This document shows, piece by piece, positions 9,199 to 18,692 of a stretch of DNA of 64,000 nucleotides. Numbering within the stretch: position 1 is the stretch's first letter; every line of letters starts with the position of its first letter. The position numbers were made by a program, and so were the translations under genes. Source of the stretch: an uncultured Bacillota bacterium (GTDB taxonomy: Bacteria > Bacillota_I > Bacilli_A > RF39 > UBA660); NCBI GenBank assembly GCA_945867665.1, contig CAMBIR010000002.1:48039-112038 (forward strand), written 5' to 3'. The notes beneath the pieces were generated by a model. It had not been told where the DNA came from and did no database searches. It was given only the letters and a program-made list of their open reading frames with translations.

Positions 9199-10548
9199 AT
9201 GAATAAAAAATTTATGGTTTATCTCATTCTTTTTTTGGGGGTTTTTGTTGTTAGTTTTTTGTATAAAGTTTTTTGGATTCCTATTACTGGGGATGAAATA
9301 TGGAATTATGGATTTAGTTATAACATTTCAAAGGGAATGATGATTTATCGGGACTTTAACTGTTTACAAACGCCACTTTATTTTATTATTAGTAGTTTTT
9401 TTATTAAACTACTTGGAAACTATTTAATCAGTGTTCATTTGTTTGATTGTATTTTAATTTCTTTTTTAATGATTATGCTTTATAAAACTATTGGATTATA
9501 TAAAAGTGTATTATTATATTTTGTTATTATTTTTAATTATTTTACTACTTATAGTTATTTTTGTATGTTTCTTTTGTTTGTGATTATTTATTTATTTGAT
9601 CATCATGAAAATGTTTCATATGATATTATTTCTTTTCTTGCAGGATTAATTTTGATTTCAAAGCAGAGTATTGGTTTATTTATGTTAATTCCTGTTTTGT
9701 TTTATAGTAAAAGTAAGCTAAAAAGTTTATTAGTTTATTTATTTCCAATTGTTTGCTTAAGTATTTATCTTTTAATTCAAGGTGCTTTTTGTGATTTTAT
9801 TAATTATTGTTTTTTAGGAATGATTGATTTTAATGATCACAATAAACTTTTTACAATTTATTTTGTTATTGAAGTGTTTTGTTGTTTATATTTAATTTAT
9901 AAGATTTTTAAAAGTAAGTTTAAGGATAAAAAATACTTATTTATTTTGATGTTTCAAGTTAATGCTTATCCTATTTTTGATATTTCTCATTTTATTATTC
10001 CTTTTATTCCTGTTCTGTATTGTATTTTAAAAGATCTTGATTTTAATCAGTTAAAGTTATATTATCGATTTTTAATTCTTGTTTTATTTTTGTCTTTTCC
10101 TACTATTTATGTCTTGAAATCTTTTTTTTGCTACGATTATGTAGTTAGTTTTGATTCTAGTAATTATTTATTTTTAAGAAATAAGGGAGATGTGAATAAT
10201 GTTCTTCAAAAAGAATCTGAAATAGTAGAAAAATATTATCATCAGTATGACTATGCTTTTTTATTAACAAGAAATAGTTATGCAATTAAGCTTTATTGTG
10301 ATATTCCTATTGGTCAATATGATTTATTATTGAATGGAAATATGGGATATCATGGTAGTGAAAGAATTACTAAAGAAATAGAAGATATTTGTAAACAAAA
10401 TACTTGTGTGTTTTTTATTGAGGATATGTCTTCAGAAAAGGATGGGCAATTTAGTAAAAAGATTTATCATTATGTTTTAAATCGATATCCAAAAAAACTG
10501 GGTAATGATAGTTTCTTTATCTATGATAATAAAAATATAGTAAGTTAG
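9199..10548 (+). CDS. GT-C-type (PMT_2/ArnT-like) polytopic glycosyltransferase, tandem paralog 1
   Basis: 449 aa. The first extracytoplasmic loop carries an acidic GDEIW motif followed by YRDFN...TPLYF. About 10-11 TM helices plus a soluble C-terminal domain. Confidence 0.5.
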   Translation: MNKKFMVYLILFLGVFVVSFLYKVFWIPITGDEIWNYGFSYNISKGMMIYRDFNCLQTPLYFIISSFFIKLLGNYLISVHLFDCILISFLMIMLYKTIGLYKSVLLYFVIIFNYFTTYSYFCMFLLFVIIYLFDHHENVSYDIISFLAGLILISKQSIGLFMLIPVLFYSKSKLKSLLVYLFPIVCLSIYLLIQGAFCDFINYCFLGMIDFNDHNKLFTIYFVIEVFCCLYLIYKIFKSKFKDKKYLFILMFQVNAYPIFDISHFIIPFIPVLYCILKDLDFNQLKLYYRFLILVLFLSFPTIYVLKSFFCYDYVVSFDSSNYLFLRNKGDVNNVLQKESEIVEKYYHQYDYAFLLTRNSYAIKLYCDIPIGQYDLLLNGNMGYHGSERITKEIEDICKQNTCVFFIEDMSSEKDGQFSKKIYHYVLNRYPKKLGNDSFFIYDNKNIVS

Positions 10549-10560
10549 GAGGATTATGAA

Positions 10561-11910
10561 ATGGGAAATAAAGAATTTTTTAAGCTGCTTATTCTTTTTG
10601 TTGTTTTTTTTGTTATTAGTTTTTGTTATAAGATATTTTTTCTTCCTTTGAATGGGGATGAGATTTGGTGTTATGGATTTAGCTATAATATAGCAAAGGG
10701 ATTGGTAATTTATCGTGATTTTAATGTTATGGTTACACCACTTTACTTTTTTCTTAGTAGTATTTTTATTCATTTATTTGGTAATTATTTGATTAGTATT
10801 CATTTGTTTGATTGTATATTAATTGGTTTTTTAGCAATTATTTTGTACAAGAGATTAGGGTTATATAAGTTACTATTATTATATCCACTTGTTATTATTT
10901 ATTATTTTCCTTCCTATAATTATTTTTCTATGTTTCTTTTATTTGTGATTATTTATTTGTTAGATAGTCATGATAATAAATATTATGATGTTGTTTCGTT
11001 TCTTGTAGGTCTTATTTTCATTTCTAAACAGAGTATTGGAATATTTTTGTTAATTCCTGTTTTGTTTTATAGTAAAAATAGGTTAAAAAGTTTATTTATC
11101 TATTTTATTCCTTTTTTTCTTGTTAGTCTTTATCTGTTTGTTCAGGGTGCTTTCTTTGATTTTATTAATTATTGTTTTTTAGGAATGGTAGATTTTGGGA
11201 AAAGTAATTTAGAATTTAGTATTTGCTTTTTATTAGAAGTTTTACTATGTTTATATTTAATAATTAAACTTTTTAGAGGAAGATTTAGAAATAAGAAATA
11301 TTTGTTTATTCTAATGTTTCAAATTAATTCTTATCCTATTTTTGATTTAGGACATTTTGTTGTTTGTTTAATTCCAGTTATTTATTGTGTGTTAGAGAAT
11401 TTTGAAGTAGGGAAATTACGACTTTACTATCGATTTCTTTTAATGAGTGTTGTTTGGTGTATATTTGTATTTTATGTTTTAAAGATAGTTTTTTCTTTGG
11501 ATTATAAAGTTGATTTTAATCAGGAAAAATTTTGGTATTTGAGAAATAATAGTAGTGGGGAAATTTCTATTATGAAGGAGTCGGAAGTAATAAAAAAATA
11601 TTATTTAGATTATGATTATTATTTTATTATTGGTGTTAGTAGTTATGCAATTAAATTGTATAATAATATTCCTATTGGGCAGTATGATTTATTATCTAAT
11701 GGTAATTTAGGTTATCGTGGAGATGTTAGAGTAATAAAAGAGATAGATAATCTTTGTGAGAAGAAAAGTTGTGTATTTTTTGTTGAAGAACAAGAATTTG
11801 AAAAATATAGTCAGTTTAGTGAAAAAATTTATGATTATGTTTTGAGTCACTATCAAAAAGTTGTAGGAAATGAACCATTTTTCGTTTATGATAATAAAAA
11901 AAATACTTAA
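10561..11910 (+). CDS. GT-C-type (PMT_2/ArnT-like) polytopic glycosyltransferase, tandem paralog 2
   Basis: Also exactly 449 aa. Collinear with 9199..10548, with roughly 60% identity by eye (GDEIWCYGFSYNIAKG, ISKQSIG, FINYCFLGM, IPIGQYDLL). Confidence 0.5.
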   Translation: MGNKEFFKLLILFVVFFVISFCYKIFFLPLNGDEIWCYGFSYNIAKGLVIYRDFNVMVTPLYFFLSSIFIHLFGNYLISIHLFDCILIGFLAIILYKRLGLYKLLLLYPLVIIYYFPSYNYFSMFLLFVIIYLLDSHDNKYYDVVSFLVGLIFISKQSIGIFLLIPVLFYSKNRLKSLFIYFIPFFLVSLYLFVQGAFFDFINYCFLGMVDFGKSNLEFSICFLLEVLLCLYLIIKLFRGRFRNKKYLFILMFQINSYPIFDLGHFVVCLIPVIYCVLENFEVGKLRLYYRFLLMSVVWCIFVFYVLKIVFSLDYKVDFNQEKFWYLRNNSSGEISIMKESEVIKKYYLDYDYYFIIGVSSYAIKLYNNIPIGQYDLLSNGNLGYRGDVRVIKEIDNLCEKKSCVFFVEEQEFEKYSQFSEKIYDYVLSHYQKVVGNEPFFVYDNKKNT

Positions 11911-11942
11911 TTAGTTTTTTACTTTTTTAGTAAAGAGTTTTT

Positions 11943-12518
11943 TTAAGTATTTTTAATTTTTATTCTTTTATTTCCTTTGACTAGGTAAGAGTTTTTTGCT
12001 TTTTGAAATAAAATTTGGTCATCATTTAGGCTATCAGTGTAGAAGGAGTCAAATATTTCATTGGGGTATTTTTCATTTAACATTTTTAATTTTTGGTCTT
12101 GATAACAAAGTTCTAATATTTTGCCAGTATTTTTATCTACTCTGGTAGCAATTGAATTTACTTTCAGGTGATTGCAAATTGGAGTGATTAAAAAATCTGG
12201 TGAACTTGTAATAATTAAATCGCTATTTTTTCTTTGGGATAGGTACCAACTTTTTATTTTTTTATAGTTGTATTTCCAAAAATTTAGAATTAATGAATCA
12301 ATGTTTTCGATTTCTGTTAAAAATTGGCAATAATCATTTTGGGATTTACTTAGTTCTAGTATTTTTGTTTTAACTCGAATTAAATCTGATAAATTTTTAG
12401 GAATGTATTTTACTAAGTTAGTATTTTGAAATAGACAAAAGATAAAGAAATCAATTGAACTGTTTCCATTGTAAATGGTTCCATCAAAATCGTATAAATT
12501 TTTTTCTTCTATAGGCAT
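11943..12518 (-). CDS. HAD-superfamily (subfamily IB-like) hydrolase
   Basis: Motif I YDFDGTIY near the N-terminus, ITSSPDF, and a C-terminal YTDSLNDDQIL. It is the only minus-strand gene in the first 38 kb. Confidence 0.6.
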   Translation of the reverse strand: MPIEEKNLYDFDGTIYNGNSSIDFFIFCLFQNTNLVKYIPKNLSDLIRVKTKILELSKSQNDYCQFLTEIENIDSLILNFWKYNYKKIKSWYLSQRKNSDLIITSSPDFLITPICNHLKVNSIATRVDKNTGKILELCYQDQKLKMLNEKYPNEIFDSFYTDSLNDDQILFQKAKNSYLVKGNKRIKIKNT

Positions 12519-12635
12519 AAAATTCTCCTTAACTATTTTTATTATAGTAAAATTTTTGGATTAATGCAATTGTTTGGTTTTACTTTGTTATTATTTCATG
12601 ATATACTTTAGATAATAAGAGATGAGGGAGGAATT

Positions 12636-13100
12636 ATGAGAAAAAAGATTGTTATTGATGATGTTAGTAATCCTAAAAAAAACTATTATCAGAGGCTTAT
12701 TGGTCATCCATTTTTTGAGTGGTTACTTTATATGATTTGTTATACCGTTGTACTAATTACAGTGTCGTTTATGTTTAAAAAACATTTTTATATTAATCTA
12801 TCTTATTGTGGAGGGTATGCTTTTTTAGCGTCTATTATTATTTATGTTTTAAATCAAACGATAAAGCCTATTTTGGTTTATATTACTTTGCCAATTACTG
12901 CTCTTACGATGGGGTTATTTTATCCTATTATTAATGTTTTTATTTTGTATCTTACTAGTTTTCTTTTAGGAAGTAATTTTCAAATAGAAGGAATTGTTTT
13001 GCCTTTTTTGATTGCGATTATTATTTCTGTTTTGAATATGTTTATGGAAGGAATGATTATTAAACCAATTGTTCATAAAAGAAGGGATAAGTATGAGTAG
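12636..13100 (+). CDS. DUF360 / superfamily-IV phage-holin-like 4-TM membrane protein (YvlD-like)
   Basis: GGGAGG RBS. Four TM helices. Pattern ITLPITALTMGLFYPIINVFILYLTSFLLG. Confidence 0.5.
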   Translation: MRKKIVIDDVSNPKKNYYQRLIGHPFFEWLLYMICYTVVLITVSFMFKKHFYINLSYCGGYAFLASIIIYVLNQTIKPILVYITLPITALTMGLFYPIINVFILYLTSFLLGSNFQIEGIVLPFLIAIIISVLNMFMEGMIIKPIVHKRRDKYE

Positions 13101-13899
13101 AGTTTTAGTACAAATTGGGCCTGTTACGATTTATTGGTATTCTTTTTTGATATTAGTAGCGGTATTGGCAGGGTATCAGATAGCGGTTGGTTATAGTCGA
13201 AAATTAAATTATAAGACTAATGCTATTATGGATATGGTTTTGCCTTTAGTGATTTGGGCAATTATTGGTGCGCGCGCTTATTATGTGATTTTTAATTTTT
13301 CTGAGTATCAGGGAGACTTACTTTCTATATTTATGATATGGAAGGGGGGACTTGCAATTTATGGGGGTGTGATTGCGGGAATTCTTTATCTTTTCTATTA
13401 TTGTAAGAAAAATGATTTAAGCTTTGTTCGTATTTTGGATATTTATTCTTTGTCTTTATTACTTGGGCAGGCGATTGGAAGATGGGGGAATTTTTTTAAT
13501 CAAGAAGCCTATGGGGGAAAGACAACTTTGATGGTGCTGGAGAAAATTCATTTGCCAAAGTTTATTATTGAGGGAATGTATATTGATGGTGCTTATCGAC
13601 AGCCGACTTTTTTATATGAATCTCTTTGGTGTCTTATTGGGGTATTTATTTTGATATTGATTCGAAAACGTTTTAGTAATCAAGTGGGAAGGCAAGTTTC
13701 TTTTTATTTGGTTTGGTATGGGATAGGAAGATTTTTTATTGAGGGACTTCGGAGTGATTCTTTGTATTTAGGTCCTTTTAGAATTAGTCAGGTTGTTTCT
13801 TTGATTATGGTTGTTATTGGAAGTATTTCTTTATTCTTGATAAAACATAAGGGAAGGTGGAAAAAAACTTCTATAGGAGGAAATAATGGAAGAATATAA
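13093..13899 (+). CDS. lgt: Prolipoprotein diacylglyceryl transferase
   Basis: Start moved to the ATG at 13093 (GAAGGGA RBS). Motifs: GPVTIYWYS, GGLAIYGGVIAG, GRWGNFFNQEAYG, FYLVWYGIGRFFIEGLR. Confidence 0.9.
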   Translation: MSRVLVQIGPVTIYWYSFLILVAVLAGYQIAVGYSRKLNYKTNAIMDMVLPLVIWAIIGARAYYVIFNFSEYQGDLLSIFMIWKGGLAIYGGVIAGILYLFYYCKKNDLSFVRILDIYSLSLLLGQAIGRWGNFFNQEAYGGKTTLMVLEKIHLPKFIIEGMYIDGAYRQPTFLYESLWCLIGVFILILIRKRFSNQVGRQVSFYLVWYGIGRFFIEGLRSDSLYLGPFRISQVVSLIMVVIGSISLFLIKHKGRWKKTSIGGNNGRI

Positions 13900-14779
13900 G
13901 GTAATTATTATTGGTGCTGGTATTAGTGGAATGTCTTGTGCTATTTATTTGAAAAGGGCTGGTATTTCTACTTTGTTGATTGAAAATAACGCTCCTGGTG
14001 GGCAATTAAATAAAATAAATGTTATTGAGAATTATCCTGGATATGAAGAAGTGAATGGTACAGATTTGGCGATGAAGTTATATTCGCAGGTGATGAATAG
14101 TGGAGTAGATTATGTTAGTTGTGAAGTAGAAAAAGTTGACTATGAAAAAAAGAAGGTTATTACTTTAGAAAATACTTATTCTTATTCTTACCTAGTGTTT
14201 GCTACGGGAAGGAGAGAAAGGCTATTAAATTTAAGTCATGAAGAAGAGTTTTTGGGTAGAGGAATTAGTTTGTGTGCAACTTGTGATGGAGCACTTTACC
14301 GAGGACGTGATGTTATGGTTGTTGGGGGTGGCAATAGTGCGGTTAGTGAAGTTTTGTATTTGGCTAATATTTGTAGGCGTGTTTATTTGGTAGTTCGAAA
14401 AAGTACTTTAAGGGCGGAAGCCATATTAAAGGATAGGTTACTTGCTCTTGATAATGTTATTCTTTTAAAAGATTCAGAGATTAGTAAGTATTTATATGAT
14501 TCTGAAAAAATTAAGGGTGTGTTGTTAGTTGATGGGAGAGAAATATTAGTTGATTGTATTTTTTTAGCGATTGGTTCTATTCCAAATAGTGAGTTGTTTC
14601 CAGGTGAAAAGCAGGATGGTTATATTAAGGTTTTAGAAAATGGAAAAAGTAGTATTGATTCTGTTTATGCTTGTGGAGATGTTACTTTTAAGCGGGTGTA
14701 TCAATTGATTACGGCTTCTAATGATGGGGTGATGGTAGCGAGTGATATTATTGATAAGTGTTTGGGAGTTGAGTTTTGA
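13886..14779 (+). CDS. trxB: Thioredoxin-disulfide reductase
   Basis: GAGISG FAD-binding motif, redox-active CATCDG, GGGNSA NADPH-binding motif, C-terminal GD motif (CGDV). Confidence 0.85.
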   Translation: MEEYKVIIIGAGISGMSCAIYLKRAGISTLLIENNAPGGQLNKINVIENYPGYEEVNGTDLAMKLYSQVMNSGVDYVSCEVEKVDYEKKKVITLENTYSYSYLVFATGRRERLLNLSHEEEFLGRGISLCATCDGALYRGRDVMVVGGGNSAVSEVLYLANICRRVYLVVRKSTLRAEAILKDRLLALDNVILLKDSEISKYLYDSEKIKGVLLVDGREILVDCIFLAIGSIPNSELFPGEKQDGYIKVLENGKSSIDSVYACGDVTFKRVYQLITASNDGVMVASDIIDKCLGVEF

Positions 14780-15333
14780 TGTTTCAGAAGAATTTTAATT
14801 TAAGTAGTGTACTTATGGGGATTTTATATTTGGTTTTGGGAATTGTTTTTATAGCGGCAACTGAGGAATTATTGAAGACTTTTAATTATATTTTGGTTTG
14901 TATTTGTTTAATTATTGGGGTTGTGCAGGTGATATCTTTTTTCTTGGAGAGGGAATATTTAAAAAATAATTATACTTCTCTTCTTATTGGGGTTGTCTTT
15001 ATTTGGGTTAGTTTGATTTTGTATGTTTATTATGGATTTATGATTAATATTTTACCTATTTTATTTAGTCTATATTTATTTGTGATGGCAATAGAGATGT
15101 GGGTTAGATATGTTCATTTAAAAGAGGTTGTAAATATTCGTCGTGGGAAGTATTTGTTGCTTGGTGTTTTAGCGATAGTGGTAGGACTTTTACTTATTTT
15201 CAATCCAGGTAGTGTGATTTTGACTTATTTAAAAGTTACTGGGGTTTATTTGGTTTTGGTTTCTTTATTATATTTTATGGAGTGTTTTCGGTTAATTGGG
15301 AAAGATAAGAGGAATAAAAATGCGAATGGATGA
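14776..15333 (+). CDS. HdeD/DUF308-family membrane protein
   Basis: Six hydrophobic helices with a repeated GxLxxxLGxxxI pattern. ATGA overlap with trxB. Confidence 0.45.
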   Translation: MMFQKNFNLSSVLMGILYLVLGIVFIAATEELLKTFNYILVCICLIIGVVQVISFFLEREYLKNNYTSLLIGVVFIWVSLILYVYYGFMINILPILFSLYLFVMAIEMWVRYVHLKEVVNIRRGKYLLLGVLAIVVGLLLIFNPGSVILTYLKVTGVYLVLVSLLYFMECFRLIGKDKRNKNANG

Positions 15334-15345
15334 ATAGAAATGAAT

Positions 15346-15371
15346 AAGACATATTTTAATTGTCTTTTTTC
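15346..15371 (+). terminator. Rho-independent terminator
   Basis: Stem AAGACA/TGTCTT with a 9-nt loop, followed by a T-run. Confidence 0.5.
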
Positions 15372-15417
15372 TTTTGGTTGGTGATATAAATTATAGCGAA
15401 CAAATGTTTTTGGTTGG

Positions 15418-15446
15418 TTGACTTTGGTAGGTAAAGATGGTAGAAT
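15418..15446 (+). promoter_or_regulatory. SigA-type promoter for yqeG-yqeH-mrnC-rlmB-sigH-uvrA
   Basis: TTGACT, 17-nt spacer, TGgTAGAAT. The track ATG at 15437 lies inside this promoter, which supports the downstream start at 15488. Confidence 0.6.
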
Positions 15447-15487
15447 TTAGGGTATGTTTAATCTTTAGTTTTTGTAAGGAGGGTTAT

Positions 15488-16006
15488 ATGAAAAGGTTTA
15501 TACCAGATATGTATCAAAAGAGTATTTATGAGATGGATTATAAGGCGTTAAAGAAGAAAAGAATTCGTCTTCTTTTGTTTGATTTAGATAATACTTGTGT
15601 AGGATATCATGAGAAATATCCTACGAATGAGATGAAAAAATTGTTTAAAAAATTAGAAAAAATGGGTTTTACAGTGATTATTTTTTCTAATGCTCCAAAA
15701 AAGAGATTGATTCCTTTTCAAGAATTAGGGGTAATTTGTCATCATTCTTCGATGAAACCTTTTTCTTATCATTTTAAGAAAGTAATGGCAAAGTATCAAT
15801 TTAAAAGAGAAGAAGTTTGTATTATTGGGGATCAGTTATTTACGGATATTCGAGGCGGAAATAAGGCTGGTATTGTTACTTGTTTGGTTGACCCGTTGAC
15901 TGAAGAGGACTTTATTTTTACCAAGATTTTTCGGGCAATGGAGGGATTTGTTTTTGCGAAGTTTTTTCGACAAGATATTTTAAAGAAGGGGCGGTATTAT
16001 GAGTAA
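15488..16006 (+). CDS. yqeG: YqeG-family HAD-IIIA phosphatase
   Basis: AAGGAGGG RBS. Motifs: LLFDLDNT, FSNAPKKR, GDQLFTDIRGGNKAG. Followed by yqeH, as in Bacillus. Confidence 0.8.
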   Translation: MKRFIPDMYQKSIYEMDYKALKKKRIRLLLFDLDNTCVGYHEKYPTNEMKKLFKKLEKMGFTVIIFSNAPKKRLIPFQELGVICHHSSMKPFSYHFKKVMAKYQFKREEVCIIGDQLFTDIRGGNKAGIVTCLVDPLTEEDFIFTKIFRAMEGFVFAKFFRQDILKKGRYYE

Positions 16007-16976
16007 ATGTAGTGGCTGCGGTGTAGTATTACAGGATGAGAATCAAGAGATGTTAGGGTTTACTAGAAATATGGAAAGAGGGCTATGTGAGAGGTGTTTC
16101 CGTCTTCGACACTATGGAGAGTATAAAAGTGTTTCTTTAGATAATGTGGATTATGAAAAGATTATTAAGCGGATTCATCCAGATAATTTAGTTTTGTATG
16201 TTACTGATATTTTGTCGCTTGACCTTTCTTTTTTAGATACTTTTTCTAAAGTTCTTTTGGTGATTACTAAGAGAGATATTATGCCTAAGAGTTTGGTGGA
16301 TGCGAAAATTAGGTCTTATTTTTTGAAAAAATATGATAATTTGGTTGATGTTTGTATTGTTAGTAGTCTTCGAAATTATCAGATGGATTTACTTTATAAA
16401 GAGATTCTTACTTATTTTGATGGAAAAAAGGTGTATTTGGTTGGGGATACGAATTCGGGAAAGAGTACTTTAATTAATCAATTTATTCATAATTATTTAG
16501 AGAGTGATACTTTGGTTACGACTTCGATGTATCCTTCAACAACTTTAAACGAGGTAGAAATTGATTTTTCTGATTTTACTTTGGTAGATACTCCAGGATT
16601 ACTTCATAAGGGAAGTTTAATGAATATACTAGATAGTGCTGAGTTAAAGAGAATTAGTCCTAAAAAAGAGATTCGTCCAAAGAGTTGTCAGGTTGAGGGG
16701 CATGGTAGTATTTTAATTGGCTCTTACGTTAGAATGGACTATGAAGTCAAGGAAAAGAGTAGTTTTATTGTTTATGTTTCTAATGAAGTGAACGTTCGTT
16801 TTTGTAATTATGAGAAAAATACTTATTTTGATTATCCTACTTATTGTTATTCTGTTTGTTTGGGAGAAGATATTGTTATTCCAGGACTTGGGTTTATTAA
16901 GTTTAGGGGAGAGTTTAAAATTACGTTGCATTTAATTTCTGGTGTAGAAGCAAGGGTAAGGGAGAGTTTTATTTAA
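15999..16976 (+). CDS. yqeH: Ribosome biogenesis GTPase YqeH
   Basis: N-terminal zinc-finger cysteines (CSGCG...CERCF) and a circularly permuted G domain (TKRD ... GDTNSGKSTLIN ... DTPG). Confidence 0.8.
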   Translation: MSKCSGCGVVLQDENQEMLGFTRNMERGLCERCFRLRHYGEYKSVSLDNVDYEKIIKRIHPDNLVLYVTDILSLDLSFLDTFSKVLLVITKRDIMPKSLVDAKIRSYFLKKYDNLVDVCIVSSLRNYQMDLLYKEILTYFDGKKVYLVGDTNSGKSTLINQFIHNYLESDTLVTTSMYPSTTLNEVEIDFSDFTLVDTPGLLHKGSLMNILDSAELKRISPKKEIRPKSCQVEGHGSILIGSYVRMDYEVKEKSSFIVYVSNEVNVRFCNYEKNTYFDYPTYCYSVCLGEDIVIPGLGFIKFRGEFKITLHLISGVEARVRESFI

Positions 16977-17362
16977 TGGATAAAGAAATAGATGTTAGGA
17001 CGATTAATGTTGTTGCTCTTGCTTATTTAGGGGACGCTATTTATGAGGTGTATATTCGAGAGAGGTTAATTTTAATGGGAATTTCTCATGCTTTGGAGTT
17101 ACAAAAAAGAGCTGTTTTATATGTATCCGCAAAAGGACAAGCTAGTATATTGAATTGTCTATTAGAGGAAGGTAAGTTAACGGAGGAAGAAATTCAAGTA
17201 GTAAAACGTGGTAGGAATTATAAGAGAAGTACTCATCCTAAGCATACGGATATTTTGACTTATAAATTATCTACTGGATTTGAGGCTTTGATTGGGTATT
17301 TATATTTATCTAAAAATCATGATAGATTGGCAGAAATATTAGGATATATTGAGGTGAAATAA
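16976..17362 (+). CDS. mrnC: Mini-ribonuclease 3
   Basis: ALAYLGDAIYEVYIRE RNase III-like signature, ~128 aa, ATG overlapping the yqeH stop. Confidence 0.85.
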   Translation: MDKEIDVRTINVVALAYLGDAIYEVYIRERLILMGISHALELQKRAVLYVSAKGQASILNCLLEEGKLTEEEIQVVKRGRNYKRSTHPKHTDILTYKLSTGFEALIGYLYLSKNHDRLAEILGYIEVK

Positions 17363-18075
17363 TGTATATATATGGAAAGAATGTTGCAAGAGAAAAATTA
17401 AGAAGTAAAGAAGATATTTTTCGTGTCTTTTTAAGTCGAAAGTTTCATGATGAAGAAATTTTGAAGTGTATTCGGGAGAGAAAAATCAAGACAACTTTTT
17501 TGGATAGTCAGGTGATGGACCGAAAGGTTTTGGGGAATCATCAAGGAATTATTTTAGAAATAGAGGAAGTGCCTACTTATTCTCTTGATTGTTTTTTGGA
17601 AAGTGTTCATGATAAGAATAAAGTACTGATAGTGATGTTAGACCATTTAGAAGATCCTCATAATTTTGGAGCGATTATTCGTACTTCTGAGGCACTTGGT
17701 GTAGATGGGATAATTATTCCTAATGATAGAAGTGTGACGGTTAATTCGACGGTGGTAAAAACTTCGGCGGGGGCAATTAGTTATATGAAGATTGTTCGCG
17801 TTCCTAATTTAGGAAGTACAATTACTAGATTAAAAAAGGAAGGTTTTTGGATAGTGGCAACAGATATGGATGGAGAAGATTATTCCGAGATTGATTATCC
17901 CAATAAACTTTGTGTTGTTATTGGAAATGAAGGTAAGGGTGTTAGTGATGTGATATTGAAATCCAGTGATTTTGTTGCTTCTATTCCAATGAGTGGTAAA
18001 ATTAATAGTTTGAATGCATCTGTTTCCTGTGGGATTGTTTTATCTTATATTGTTTTAAAGAGGAGCAAATCATGA
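17362..18075 (+). CDS. rlmB: SpoU/TrmH-family 23S rRNA (Gm2251) 2'-O-methyltransferase
   Basis: Motifs: LEDPHNFGAIIRTSEALGVDGIIIP, VIGNEGKGV, SLNASVSCGIVL. Position after mrnC, as in Bacillus. Confidence 0.8.
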   Translation: MYIYGKNVAREKLRSKEDIFRVFLSRKFHDEEILKCIRERKIKTTFLDSQVMDRKVLGNHQGIILEIEEVPTYSLDCFLESVHDKNKVLIVMLDHLEDPHNFGAIIRTSEALGVDGIIIPNDRSVTVNSTVVKTSAGAISYMKIVRVPNLGSTITRLKKEGFWIVATDMDGEDYSEIDYPNKLCVVIGNEGKGVSDVILKSSDFVASIPMSGKINSLNASVSCGIVLSYIVLKRSKS

Positions 18076-18668
18076 AAGAATTAAATGATTATGAGTTGGT
18101 TAGTTTGGCTCAAGAAAATAATGAAGAGGCTTCTGAAATTCTTTATTTAAAGTATCAGCCTTTGATTCAGAAAATTAGTCATAAGTATTTTAAGTATATG
18201 CAAAATAAGGGAATTGAGTTTAAAGACTTGGTGCAAGAGTGTACGATTGGATTTGAGGAGGCTGTTTCTCGGTTTAATGAACAGGATAATACTAGTTTTT
18301 ATACTTTTGTTTGTGTTTGTATGGAAAGACAAATGATGACGGAGGTAAGAAAATTAAATCGTGATAAACATCGGGCTTTAAATGAAGCGGTGCCACTTGA
18401 GACACTTGATGATGAAAATGATGCAAATTTGATTGATTATATTGGAGATAATCGAAATAATCCGGAAAAAGGACTGTTACTAAATGAAGATTTTAAGGAA
18501 TTGTATTTGCGGGTTGTGGATAAATTAACTGATTTTGAGGAATGTGTTTTTCGGCTTAAGTTGCAGGACTTTGATTATCAAGAAATTGCTTTAATTATGG
18601 ATAGAGATACAAAGAGTATTGATAATGCAATTCAAAGAATTAGGATGAAGATTAAGGATATTATTTAA
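18072..18668 (+). CDS. sigH: Sigma-70-family sigma factor, SigH-like
   Basis: Region 2 DLVQECTIGFEEAV. The C-terminal KSIDNAIQRIRMKI resembles B. subtilis SigH KSIDNALQRVKRKL. Located in the mrnC-rlmB-sigH context. Confidence 0.6.
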   Translation: MKELNDYELVSLAQENNEEASEILYLKYQPLIQKISHKYFKYMQNKGIEFKDLVQECTIGFEEAVSRFNEQDNTSFYTFVCVCMERQMMTEVRKLNRDKHRALNEAVPLETLDDENDANLIDYIGDNRNNPEKGLLLNEDFKELYLRVVDKLTDFEECVFRLKLQDFDYQEIALIMDRDTKSIDNAIQRIRMKIKDII

Positions 18669-18692
18669 TAAGATTGGGGTGTTTTAAGGATT

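Noticed and set aside
14777-14779. Possible alternative genetic code (UGA=Trp, as in Mollicutes), given the very low GC content and the mycoplasma-like ATPase cluster.
   Set aside because: TGA terminates well-defined genes at conserved C-termini, for example trxB at 14777-14779, alpha-like at 25045-25047 and ftsA at 36237-36239. Conserved proteins read through without in-frame TGA, so the standard code 11 fits.
15397-15410. A LexA/Cheo-box-like sequence, CGAACAAATGTTTT, upstream of yqeG.
   Set aside because: The right half-site is degenerate (GTTT-T instead of GTTCG). It sits upstream of the -35 box of a housekeeping operon, and no similar site is seen at uvrB. It is probably a chance match.
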